A stretch of DNA of 59,227 nt from an uncultured virus (IMG/VR IMGVR_UViG_3300020325_000007) (lineage: Duplodnaviria > Heunggongvirae > Uroviricota > Caudoviricetes), in the IMG/VR virus record IMGVR_UViG_3300020325_000007. One strand, written 5' to 3'. Both the position numbers and the translations under genes were made by a program. Below, one piece after another: positions 1-9,507 of this stretch (position 1 is the first letter of the stretch; every line of letters starts with the position of its first letter). The notes beneath the pieces were generated by a model. It did no database searches. It was not told where the DNA came from and saw only the letters and a list, made by a program, of their open reading frames with translations.

Positions 1-2
1 AC

Positions 3-998
3 GGGTGGGTGTCCTCAGGTTCTCCGATGTTAGACCTTGCGATTTCAAACAGACCAAATGGTGGATTACCTGTTGGTAGAATTACTGAAATTACAGGATT
101 AGAAGGAAGTGGTAAATCTTTATTAGCAGCACATGCAATAGCAGACACTCAAAAACAAGGTGGTCTTGGTGTTTACATAGATACTGAGAACGCATGTAAT
201 ATGGAGTTTTTAGAAGCGATTGGTGTTGATATTAAAACGATGTTATACGTCCCTCTTGAAACAGTTGAAGATATTTTCGAAGCCATTGATTCTATTATAG
301 AGTCGGTGAGGTCTTCAGACAAAAAGAAATTAGTTACGATAGTTGTAGATTCAGTCGCAGGGGCGTCAACTAAAGTAGAAATCTCAGCAGACTATGACCA
401 AGCAGGTTACGCAACTCAAAAAGCAATCATTATATCGAAAGCAATGAGGAAGGTAACTAACTTGATTGGTAGAGAGAGAATTTCTTTAATTTTTACAAAC
501 CAACTAAGAACAAGATTAGGTGTTTCATTCGGTGACCCTTGGACTACAAGTGGTGGTAAAGCAATCGCATTCCACTCGTCTTGTAGAATTAGGTTAAAAT
601 CAATGGGACAACTTAAATCTAAAATAGGTGGAGTAGACCAAGTAGTTGGTATCAAAACAAGAGCACAAGTGATAAAGAACAGAATGGGTCCACCATTACG
701 TTCAGTTGATTTTGATATCTACTTTGATAGTGGTATCGACAATTATGGTTCATGGTTACAAATGATGAAAACATATAAGTTGGTAACTCAAAGTGGTGCG
801 TGGTATACCTATGTAGATAAAGAAACAGGTGAGGAACTAAAGTTCCAAGCAAAAACTTGGGATGACTTATTAGATAGTAGACCTGAGTTGAAAGATAGTA
901 TCTACAATGAAATTTGTAATTCATATATTATGGCTTACAAAGAATCGAGTGCAGAAGCAAATATTGATAACGTTGAAGTAACAAGTTTTGATGAATAA
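3..998 (+). CDS. recA: RecA/UvsX-like recombinase, 5' end outside the window
   Basis: Walker A GLEGSGKS, YIDTEN, Walker B IVVDSVA, TNQLR and GGKAIAFH; frame is open to the window edge. Confidence 0.92.
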   Translation, partial: GWVSSGSPMLDLAISNRPNGGLPVGRITEITGLEGSGKSLLAAHAIADTQKQGGLGVYIDTENACNMEFLEAIGVDIKTMLYVPLETVEDIFEAIDSIIESVRSSDKKKLVTIVVDSVAGASTKVEISADYDQAGYATQKAIIISKAMRKVTNLIGRERISLIFTNQLRTRLGVSFGDPWTTSGGKAIAFHSSCRIRLKSMGQLKSKIGGVDQVVGIKTRAQVIKNRMGPPLRSVDFDIYFDSGIDNYGSWLQMMKTYKLVTQSGAWYTYVDKETGEELKFQAKTWDDLLDSRPELKDSIYNEICNSYIMAYKESSAEANIDNVEVTSFDE

Positions 999-2043
999 CA
1001 GATATAAGGAACTCCTTAAACAAGTAAGTATAGAACATAACGAAGTAAAAGATGAATCTTTAAACGACAGAGTTTTGATACTCGATGGACTCAATCAGTT
1101 CATTAGATGTTTTGGAGCAGTTCCTGCACTCAATGATGACGGTGAACATTGTGGTGGTGTGACAGGTTTTCTCCTGTCCACTGCCTCAATAATCCGTACA
1201 TTAAAACCCACTCGTGTTGTCGTGGTATTTGACGGTAAGGGTGGTTCAAATAGAAGAAAACAATTACACAAGGGATATAAAGAAGGTAGAAAGGGTTTAA
1301 CCAAACTAAATAGATTAGCAGGATACGAAGACTTAGAAGACCAAGAAGTGTCGATGAGAAAACAATTTAGTAGACTGATTGAATATTTACAAATCCTACC
1401 TTTATCACTAACATATATAGATTATGTTGAAGCAGACGATATAATCGCATATCTTTCTAATCATTATTTCAAGAATGAAGTTACAATCTGTTCGTCAGAT
1501 AAGGATTTCTTACAATTAGTAAATGATAGAGTTTCTGTCTACGCACTTACTAAGAAAAAACTATATACTCCTGAAATGGTGAAAGAAGAATATGGAGTCA
1601 CTCCTCAAAATCTAATATTTTACAGATGTTTGATGGGTGATAAATCAGATAATATAGGTGGTGTAAATGGTGTTGGACTAAAAACTATTCAGAATAAAAT
1701 GACCTTTTTAGGTGAAAATGAACTTTCTTTAGACACATTCATTGAGAAATGTTCTTCAGAGTGTGATGATAAGTTGTCACAAAAACTTATTGAAAATGTT
1801 GATACTATAAAACTAAATCATAAGTTAATGCAACTACATGACCCTGAAATATCTTCTTCTATAAAATCAAACGTAAGAGAAATCATGGATTCCGAAGGAA
1901 ATAGATTGGATATGATAGAGTTTAAAAAAATGTTTATGTATGATAAGTTATATACAGCATTTGCAAATGTCGACTCTTGGTTACGAAACTCTTTTACTTC
2001 TTTGGAAACAAATCTAAAAAATAATTTTGATATTAAGAAATAA
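991..2043 (+). CDS. 5'-3' exonuclease / flap endonuclease (T4 RNase H or Pol I N-terminal type)
   Basis: ILDGLN, VFDG, YK.GR, EADD, SSDKD and MGDKSDNIGGVNGVGLKT (H3TH) motifs. Confidence 0.9.
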   Translation: MNNRYKELLKQVSIEHNEVKDESLNDRVLILDGLNQFIRCFGAVPALNDDGEHCGGVTGFLLSTASIIRTLKPTRVVVVFDGKGGSNRRKQLHKGYKEGRKGLTKLNRLAGYEDLEDQEVSMRKQFSRLIEYLQILPLSLTYIDYVEADDIIAYLSNHYFKNEVTICSSDKDFLQLVNDRVSVYALTKKKLYTPEMVKEEYGVTPQNLIFYRCLMGDKSDNIGGVNGVGLKTIQNKMTFLGENELSLDTFIEKCSSECDDKLSQKLIENVDTIKLNHKLMQLHDPEISSSIKSNVREIMDSEGNRLDMIEFKKMFMYDKLYTAFANVDSWLRNSFTSLETNLKNNFDIKK

Positions 2044-2056
2044 TTTCGTATATTAT
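2026..2056 (+). promoter_or_regulatory. Putative Bacteroidota-type -33/-7 promoter upstream of the helicase
   Basis: TTTG-N19-TATATTAT. Confidence 0.5.
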
Positions 2057-2061
2057 AGTCT

Positions 2062-3420
2062 ATGGAAAAATTAGGGTCAAGGTTTAGTACATCATTTCAG
2101 AATAAAGTAATATCGGCAATATTATCAGACAGGTCTTTCACAAGACAAATATATGATATTATCAAACCCGAGTATTTTGATTCTGAAGCAGCAGAGTGGT
2201 TAGTTAGAACCATTCTAAATTATATGAATGAGTTTGAGAAAATGCCTACTTTGGATGTTCTCAAGGTCAAAATCAATTCTATTGAAAGAGATGTATTACA
2301 AACTTCAGTAATTGATACCCTAAAGTTCGCATGGAACCACTTAGAGAGTGAAGATTTAGAATTCGTAAAAGAACAAGTTCTTGACTTTTGTAAAAATCAA
2401 TCTATCAAGAACGCAATCTTAGATTCAGTACCTTTATTAGAAAGTGGTAAGTATGACATGATAAAAAAGAACATTGATACTGCAATGAAAGCAGGTCAAG
2501 ATTCTGACATTGGTCATGAATACAAATCCATGATAACTGAAAGATACGAAGATACTGTTAGAAACGTTGTTTCAACAGGATGGCAAGTTATTGATGAGAT
2601 TACACAAGGTGGTTTTGGGAAGGGTGAATTAATTTTATTCGCAGCACCGCCAGGTATTGGTAAATCGTGGTCGTTAGTAAACATTGGAGTAAATGCAATG
2701 AAAAAGGGTAAAACTGTCGCACATTATACCCTTGAATTAAACGAAGGTTATGTTGGTCAGAGATATGATGCTGTATTAAGTGGAGTTGCAGTTGCAAATC
2801 TAAAATACAATATGGAAGACGTGACCAAAGCAGTTAAATCTGTATCAGGTGATTTAGTTGTAAAACACTATCCAACCAAAACCGCCAGTGTAACTTCTCT
2901 AAAAGCACATATGGACAAAATGATACTACAGAATAAAAAACCTGATGTAGTAATAGTTGACTATGCAGATTTGTTGAGAGGTCCTAACAAAGAAAAAAGA
3001 CACGAAGAGTTAGAAGAAATTATCGAAGACCTTCGTGGTATGGCAGGTGAGTATGAAGTCCCTGTTTATACAGCATCACAAATTAATAGAAGTGGTGCAG
3101 AAGATGACATAATTACAGGTACTAAGATTGCAGGTTCATTTTCAAAGATGATGACAGCAGACTTTGTTGTATCACTTTCTCGTAAAATAGAAGATAAACT
3201 CGCAGGTACAGGTAGGTGGCATGTTATCAAAAACAGATTTGGTCCCGATGGTATGACATTTCCATCGAAAGCTAATTTTTCCACGGGACAGATTCACATT
3301 TACAACGATGATTCCATTGATGGTAGAAAGACTACAAGTCAGATGAAACAGGGGGAGAGTTTAGTAAGAAAAGAATTAGCGCAAAAATATAAGGAAATGT
3401 CGGGTGATATTGATTTTTAA
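2062..3420 (+). CDS. Replicative DnaB/gp41-like helicase
   Basis: Walker A APPGIGKS, TLE, VIVDYAD, TASQINR, KNRFG. Confidence 0.92.
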   Translation: MEKLGSRFSTSFQNKVISAILSDRSFTRQIYDIIKPEYFDSEAAEWLVRTILNYMNEFEKMPTLDVLKVKINSIERDVLQTSVIDTLKFAWNHLESEDLEFVKEQVLDFCKNQSIKNAILDSVPLLESGKYDMIKKNIDTAMKAGQDSDIGHEYKSMITERYEDTVRNVVSTGWQVIDEITQGGFGKGELILFAAPPGIGKSWSLVNIGVNAMKKGKTVAHYTLELNEGYVGQRYDAVLSGVAVANLKYNMEDVTKAVKSVSGDLVVKHYPTKTASVTSLKAHMDKMILQNKKPDVVIVDYADLLRGPNKEKRHEELEEIIEDLRGMAGEYEVPVYTASQINRSGAEDDIITGTKIAGSFSKMMTADFVVSLSRKIEDKLAGTGRWHVIKNRFGPDGMTFPSKANFSTGQIHIYNDDSIDGRKTTSQMKQGESLVRKELAQKYKEMSGDIDF

Positions 3421-3480
3421 TCATATATATTATCACCGACTAAAACATTTGTATAACTAAAAAATTAAGTTTTAATAATT

Positions 3481-4476
3481 ATGGGATTATTTGACAATCG
3501 TATACCGTTCAAACCATTTGAATATCCCGAATACTATACAGAAGGTTGGTTAAAACAAGCACAAGCATTTTGGTTACATACTGAAATCCCAATGCAAGGT
3601 GACATCAAAGATTGGAATGAAAATTTGTCAGTCGAAGAGAAACACTTAGTTGGTAATATTCTGCTTGGATTTGCTCAAACTGAATGTGCAGTATCGGATT
3701 ATTGGACAACCATGGTAACAAATTGGTTTCCAAAACATGAGATAAAACAAATGGCAATGATGTTTGGTTCACAAGAGACCATTCACGCAACTGCATATTC
3801 ATATCTTAACGAATCATTAGGTTTAGAAGATTTTGAAGCATTTTTACATGAACCTGCAACTGCCGATAGATTTGAAGCATTAGCAGAAGTATCATCAAAT
3901 TATACATACGAAGACTTAAAGAATAATCCTAAAGCAAGACAAGAAGTAGCAAGGTCACTCGCTATCTTTAGTGCATTCGCAGAAGGAGTGGCACTTTATT
4001 CTTCTTTCGCAGTACTTTATTCATTCCAAATGAGGAATAGACTTAAAGGTATTGGACAACAAATGAAATGGAGTGTAAGAGACGAATCTTTACATTCTAA
4101 AATGGGTATCCAACTATTCAGACATATGTGTCAGGAATATCCTGAACTAATAGAAGACGCAAAACCTGTAATTAGAGAGGCAGCGGAAACCATGTTAGAG
4201 TTGGAACTAAAATTTATTGATAAAATGTTTGAAAAAGGTGATTTAGAAAATCTGAAAAAAGAAGACCTAAAAAACTTTATCAAAAGAAGAATCAATGAAA
4301 AATACAAAGAGTTAGGTTATTCAGAATCTATAACTTCCTATGATGAAGAATCAGCATCGGAATTAGATTGGTTCTACCACTTAACAGGTGGACAAACACA
4401 TACGGACTTCTTCGCTATCAGACCTACTGACTACAGTAAAGCAAATGAGGGTGAAGATTGGGACGACATATTTTAA
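3481..4476 (+). CDS. nrdB: Class I ribonucleotide reductase beta subunit
   Basis: FW..EI, QETIH...Y, AEG, DESLH metal-ligand pattern; C-terminal TDFF..R.TDY. Confidence 0.93.
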   Translation: MGLFDNRIPFKPFEYPEYYTEGWLKQAQAFWLHTEIPMQGDIKDWNENLSVEEKHLVGNILLGFAQTECAVSDYWTTMVTNWFPKHEIKQMAMMFGSQETIHATAYSYLNESLGLEDFEAFLHEPATADRFEALAEVSSNYTYEDLKNNPKARQEVARSLAIFSAFAEGVALYSSFAVLYSFQMRNRLKGIGQQMKWSVRDESLHSKMGIQLFRHMCQEYPELIEDAKPVIREAAETMLELELKFIDKMFEKGDLENLKKEDLKNFIKRRINEKYKELGYSESITSYDEESASELDWFYHLTGGQTHTDFFAIRPTDYSKANEGEDWDDIF

Positions 4477-4488
4477 GAAAAATCAGTT

Positions 4489-6273
4489 ATGAAAAATCAC
4501 GCAGAAAATTTAGGTTGGGAAGTTGGTGTTGATTTTCCTGTTTGGGCAAACACGGAAATCTATGTAAAGACGATATCAAAAGGTTACTTACTTCCTGACG
4601 AAAAACCAAAAGACGCATATTGGAGAGTATCTACAGCAGTCGCAAGAAGACTGAACAAACCACAACTTGCTTCAAAGTTTTTTGATTATATATGGAAAGG
4701 TTGGTTAAATCTCGCGTCACCTGTATTATCCAATACGGGAACGGACAGAGGTCTACCAATCAGTTGTTTTGGTATCGATGTAGGAGATTCAATCCAAGAA
4801 ATCGGTCACAAAAACTTAGAGATGATGTTACTTGCTAAACACGGTGGTGGAGTAGGTATCGGAGTAAACATGATTAGACCAGCAGGTTCTAATATTACAC
4901 AAAACGGAACATCAGATGGTGTTGTACCATTTTGTAAAATTTATGATTCTACAATCCTTGCTACAAACCAAGGTGCAGTTAGAAGAGGAGCAGCATCTGT
5001 AAACTTAAACATCGAACACGATGATTTTGATGAGTGGATTGAAATCAGAGAACCAAAAGGTGATGTAAACAGACAATGTATGAACTTACATCAATGTGTT
5101 GTTGTTGGTAATAAGTTTATGAGAAAATTAGAAGATGGTGAATCTGAAGCAAGAAGAAGATGGGGTAAGTTACTTCAGAAGAGAAAAGCAACAGGTGAAC
5201 CGTATATCATGTTTAAAGGTAACGTAAACAACGCAAACCCACCAATGTATAAAGATAATGGATTGAAAGTTTTTATGACTAATATCTGTTCTGAAATCGT
5301 ATTACATACAGACGAAAATCACTCATTTGTTTGTTGTCTGTCTTCACTTAACTTAGCAAAGTATGATGAGTGGAAAGATACTGATTTAATTTATACAGCA
5401 ACTTGGTTCTTGGATGGAGTTCTTTCAGAGTTCATTCAAAAAGCAAAGAACATGAGAGGATTTGAGAATTCAGTTCGTTCAGCAGAAAAAGGTAGAGCAT
5501 TAGGATTAGGTGTTCTTGGATGGCATACTTACTTACAAAGAAAAGGTATTTCGTTTGAAGGACTACCTTCTCAATTTGAAACTCGTAAAATCTTTTCTCA
5601 AATCAAGATTGAATCAGAAAGAGCAAGTAGAGATATGGCAACTGAGTTAGGTGAACCGTTGTGGTGTAAAGATAGTGGGTTTAGAAATACTCACTTAAGA
5701 GCAATCGCACCAACTGTTTCTAATTCTAAGTTAAGTGGTAATGTGTCAGCAGGTATTGAACCATGGCCATCAAATGTATTTACGGAACAAACTGCAAAAG
5801 GTACGTTTATCCGTAAGAATCTTGAATTAGAAAAAGTTCTTAGAAAAGTTGGTATCAACAAAAAATCAACTTGGGACAAAATCTTAGAAGATGGTGGTTC
5901 AGTTCAAGACATAAAAGAATTAGATGATTGGGGATATGTAGATGGAAAACTCCTAAAAAGAGAAGACATTCCTCAAGAGGCATTTGATAAAGAACAAGTT
6001 TTTTGGGTAAAAGACGTATTTAAGACCTTCAAAGAAATTAATCAGTTAGAATTAATCAGACAAGCAGGTGTTAGACAACAATATATTGACCAATCAGTTT
6101 CGTTGAATCTGGCGTTCCCATCTGAAGCAACTCCTAAATGGATTAATCAAGTTACTTTAGAAGCGTGGAAACAAGGAATTAAAACTTTATATTATATGAG
6201 AACAGAGTCCGTCCTTCGTGGTGATATCGCAGCACGAGCATTGGACCCTGATTGTGTATCCTGTGATGGTTAA
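4489..6273 (+). CDS. nrdA: Class I ribonucleotide reductase alpha subunit, short form with no ATP cone
   Basis: SPVLSN, ISCF, GGGVG, NICSEI, IAPT, KTLYY, C-terminal CVSC. Confidence 0.94.
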   Translation: MKNHAENLGWEVGVDFPVWANTEIYVKTISKGYLLPDEKPKDAYWRVSTAVARRLNKPQLASKFFDYIWKGWLNLASPVLSNTGTDRGLPISCFGIDVGDSIQEIGHKNLEMMLLAKHGGGVGIGVNMIRPAGSNITQNGTSDGVVPFCKIYDSTILATNQGAVRRGAASVNLNIEHDDFDEWIEIREPKGDVNRQCMNLHQCVVVGNKFMRKLEDGESEARRRWGKLLQKRKATGEPYIMFKGNVNNANPPMYKDNGLKVFMTNICSEIVLHTDENHSFVCCLSSLNLAKYDEWKDTDLIYTATWFLDGVLSEFIQKAKNMRGFENSVRSAEKGRALGLGVLGWHTYLQRKGISFEGLPSQFETRKIFSQIKIESERASRDMATELGEPLWCKDSGFRNTHLRAIAPTVSNSKLSGNVSAGIEPWPSNVFTEQTAKGTFIRKNLELEKVLRKVGINKKSTWDKILEDGGSVQDIKELDDWGYVDGKLLKREDIPQEAFDKEQVFWVKDVFKTFKEINQLELIRQAGVRQQYIDQSVSLNLAFPSEATPKWINQVTLEAWKQGIKTLYYMRTESVLRGDIAARALDPDCVSCDG

Positions 6274-6287
6274 ATGAAGGTAAGAAA

Positions 6288-6524
6288 ATGAAAGAATATT
6301 TGTATTTTTCAGCAGCGTGGTGTCAACCATGTAAAACGTTGAGTCCTGTAATGGAACAAGTCGGTAATACGATTCCCGTAAAAAAAATAAATGTGGATGA
6401 ACAATCCGACTTAGCACAGAGATACGGTATAAGGAGTGTTCCAACTGTAGTTTTGTTAGAGAATCAAATCGAAGTAAAAAGAATTATCGGTGTAAAACCA
6501 ATGAACGAGTACTTATCGATATAA
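6288..6524 (+). CDS. Thioredoxin
   Basis: WCQPC active site and cis-Pro SVPT; follows nrdA. Confidence 0.9.
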   Translation: MKEYLYFSAAWCQPCKTLSPVMEQVGNTIPVKKINVDEQSDLAQRYGIRSVPTVVLLENQIEVKRIIGVKPMNEYLSI

Positions 6525-6537
6525 AATTAAAAAAGTT

Positions 6538-7626
6538 ATGAAACAAACAAAGATTTGTTTGAATGCTATGGTAGCAAACGAATCTAACACTATTCTTAGA
6601 ATGTTAGAGTCGTGTTATCAGTACATTGACTATTGGGTGATTCAAGATAATGGGTCAACTGATGGAACTCAACAAATAATTCGTGATTTTTTTGAAGAAA
6701 AGGGAATTGACGGATTTCTTTATGAAACAGAATGGAAGTTTCCTGGCTACAATAGAGACCATACTTTACAAAAGTGTCTAAGTTCTAATCATGGATGTGA
6801 TTGGATTCTTAGAATGGACGCGGATGAACAATTAAAAGTAGATGATAATTTTGATTGGTCGGTATTCAACGACACTTCTATCGATTCTTTTAATATCCCC
6901 GTAGAAACAACTGATAGTTACTATTATAGAACTTGGTTATGGAACGCAAACAGACCGTGGTATTTCAAACACTCAAAAAGACACGAAACAATACATTTAC
7001 CTGATGTGGATGAAGACTTTGTTAGATTTGATTTAGATAAATCATTTAGACACATCGTAACAAATGACGGACAAACTTGGACTGTAGACAATAAGTTTAT
7101 TACAGACGCACTAACACTTGAGTTAGAAAATGTACCAACTAAAAAAGTATTAGAAGATGACTATCATTTATGGTATATTGGAAAATCATATTACGATGGT
7201 TATTGGAAAACAGAAGAGTTACCATTTGGTGAACTACATTCATATGAATACGCAAGAAGAGCAATATTTTATTTTGAAATGTATCTAAAAAACGTTCACG
7301 GTGAAAATCCTCATTGGGATGAAATGGGATATTACGCATGTTTATTGTTAGGTAGATTGTATGCATTTTTAGGTGAACCATATGATGGATTACAAAAGTG
7401 GGAAGAGGCGGAAAAATACTGTCAAGGAAGAAATGAACATTTGATTGATTTAGCATACTATTATAGAGACAATGGATTTTGGGAACAGATGTTAGAAGTT
7501 TGTACTAAAATTATGAAAAACAAGAATCCGTTTCCTAATTCTACGTTTTTTATAGATAATCAATCATACCCTGATACAGGAACAAGGTGTAAAGAATTAT
7601 TAGAAGTTGCAAAAAGAAATGTATAA
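6538..7626 (+). CDS. GT2-like glycosyltransferase with C-terminal TPR-like helices
   Basis: ICLNAMV.NE, DNGSTDGT, MDADE (DxD), RHE; helical Tyr/Ala-rich C-terminus. Confidence 0.75.
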   Translation: MKQTKICLNAMVANESNTILRMLESCYQYIDYWVIQDNGSTDGTQQIIRDFFEEKGIDGFLYETEWKFPGYNRDHTLQKCLSSNHGCDWILRMDADEQLKVDDNFDWSVFNDTSIDSFNIPVETTDSYYYRTWLWNANRPWYFKHSKRHETIHLPDVDEDFVRFDLDKSFRHIVTNDGQTWTVDNKFITDALTLELENVPTKKVLEDDYHLWYIGKSYYDGYWKTEELPFGELHSYEYARRAIFYFEMYLKNVHGENPHWDEMGYYACLLLGRLYAFLGEPYDGLQKWEEAEKYCQGRNEHLIDLAYYYRDNGFWEQMLEVCTKIMKNKNPFPNSTFFIDNQSYPDTGTRCKELLEVAKRNV

Positions 7627-8716
7627 ATACGATTATTTAATTGTCGGTTCAGGGTTTTATGGAGCAGTTTGTGCATATGAACTGAAAGAAGCAGGTAAAA
7701 AAGTTTGTGTTATTGAAAAAAGAGACCACATTGGTGGTAACTGTTATACGGAAGAGGTAGATAAAATTCATGTACACAAATATGGACCTCATATATTTCA
7801 TACAAACAGTGAGAAGGTGTGGCATTGGATAAATCAGTTTGTAGACTTTAATCAGTTTCAACTAAATCCAATAGCAAACTATAAAGGTGAGATATACCCA
7901 CTACCTTTCAATATGTATACATTTAACAAAATGTGGGGTGTTAGAACACCTGAGGGTGCAAAAGAAAAGATTGAATCACAGAGGTTTAAAGGTAATCCTA
8001 CTAACTTAGAAGAACAAGCACAAGCTCTTGTTGGTAAAGATATTTATCAAAAATTAATAAAAGGTTACACTGAAAAACAGTGGATGAAACCTTGTATGTT
8101 GTTACCAAAATCAATCATCAAAAGATTACCTGTTAGATTCACTTACAATAACAACTATTTTAATGACAAATATCAAGGAATACCAATCGGTGGATACACT
8201 CAGATATTTGAAACGTTGTTAGAAGACATTGAAGTATTTACAGAAACAGATTATTTTGACAAAAAGGACTTTTGGGATGGTTTAGGTGAGACAGTAATAT
8301 ACACAGGACCAATTGATAAATACTACGATTACAAATATGGTGATTTGGAATACAAATCTGTACATTGGATGAATAAGATGTATAAATCAAAGGATAACTA
8401 TCAAGGATGTGCAGTTATGAACTACACTGATTCAGAAACACCATATACACGAATCATTGAACATAAACACTTTGATAATCAAAATCAAGAAGGAACTTAT
8501 GTTAGTTGGGAATACCCACAACCATATGAACGGGGAGTTGAACCATTTTATCCTGTAAATGATAAAGTAAACAACGAAAAGTATAACAAGTATAAAAAAT
8601 TGTCACAACAACAAGACAAGGTGATATTTGGTGGTAGATTAGCAGAATATAAGTATTACGATATGCACCAAGTAATCGCAGCAGCATTAAAGAAAGTAGA
8701 AACATTACTATGGTAG
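7619..8716 (+). CDS. glf: UDP-galactopyranose mutase
   Basis: IVGSGFYG, HIGGN, HKYGPHIFHT, TRIIEHKHF, GRLAEYKYYDMHQ. Confidence 0.95.
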   Translation: MYKYDYLIVGSGFYGAVCAYELKEAGKKVCVIEKRDHIGGNCYTEEVDKIHVHKYGPHIFHTNSEKVWHWINQFVDFNQFQLNPIANYKGEIYPLPFNMYTFNKMWGVRTPEGAKEKIESQRFKGNPTNLEEQAQALVGKDIYQKLIKGYTEKQWMKPCMLLPKSIIKRLPVRFTYNNNYFNDKYQGIPIGGYTQIFETLLEDIEVFTETDYFDKKDFWDGLGETVIYTGPIDKYYDYKYGDLEYKSVHWMNKMYKSKDNYQGCAVMNYTDSETPYTRIIEHKHFDNQNQEGTYVSWEYPQPYERGVEPFYPVNDKVNNEKYNKYKKLSQQQDKVIFGGRLAEYKYYDMHQVIAAALKKVETLLW

Positions 8717-9267
8717 TAATTGATGATTTTATTAAAGACGAAGACCTTTTAAATCGACTCAAAGAGGATAATACTTTTTGGGATGATAAGGGTTACTATT
8801 GGTGGAACGGGTGGTGGAATACACCAACCAACACACTTAAGAAAGAGTTAATACAGTATATTTGGGGTGAAAACTCCCCATACCCATCTGTAAACGTTTC
8901 AGGGTTTGAATATTGGACAGGTGTTTATTCTCAAGACGAGGAACGAGATGAACTACCATTTCATTTTGATAAAGATGAATATATATGGGATACTGAAAAA
9001 AGAATAGTTAGACCCGTAATAGGAACAGTTTTCTATCCGTGGGAAAACGATATCGATGGTGGATATCTTGAAATATATCCTGACGGAATGGAAGGTGAAC
9101 CTGAAAGATTAGAACCCAAATACAATAGATTAGTTATCTTTCCTGCAGGTCACCATCCACATAGAGTTACTAAAGTTACTCGTGGGACACGAAGAGCCAT
9201 CGCAATAAACCTATGGGACGTAGAACCATCAGGTGTAAAAAATGGTGAAATGTATTTGGAAAATTAA
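8710..9267 (+). CDS. 2OG-Fe(II) oxygenase
   Basis: HFD, GGYL, NRLVIF, H.V.KV..G.R facial-triad pattern. Confidence 0.8.
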   Translation: MVVIDDFIKDEDLLNRLKEDNTFWDDKGYYWWNGWWNTPTNTLKKELIQYIWGENSPYPSVNVSGFEYWTGVYSQDEERDELPFHFDKDEYIWDTEKRIVRPVIGTVFYPWENDIDGGYLEIYPDGMEGEPERLEPKYNRLVIFPAGHHPHRVTKVTRGTRRAIAINLWDVEPSGVKNGEMYLEN

Positions 9268-9286
9268 TAAAAATTTTGTATATTAG
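9255..9286 (+). promoter_or_regulatory. Putative -33/-7 promoter for the HTH-polymerase unit
   Basis: TTTG(9255)-N20-TATATTAG(9279). Confidence 0.65.
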
Positions 9287-9300
9287 TGAAAAGATTTAAA

Positions 9301-9504
9301 ATGAGGTTACGAGGTGAATCACATCCACAACATAAATTAACAGAAGGACAAGTGAAGTCTATCAGAAAATTATGGTCTGTGGGTCATCGTAATATAAGAG
9401 TATTAGCAAGAAATAACGGAGTATCTCCTGCGAATATTAGAAAAATAGTAAAAGGGGAAACTTGGACTCACCTACTTTTTGGTGAATTTAACGATTATCA
9501 ATAA
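9301..9504 (+). CDS. Small HTH protein resembling the DNA-binding tail of HNH homing endonucleases
   Basis: RGE.HP..KLTE.QV..IR, LAR..GVS..NI..I..G.TW.H; no nuclease domain. Confidence 0.65.
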   Translation: MRLRGESHPQHKLTEGQVKSIRKLWSVGHRNIRVLARNNGVSPANIRKIVKGETWTHLLFGEFNDYQ

Positions 9505-9507
9505 TAT

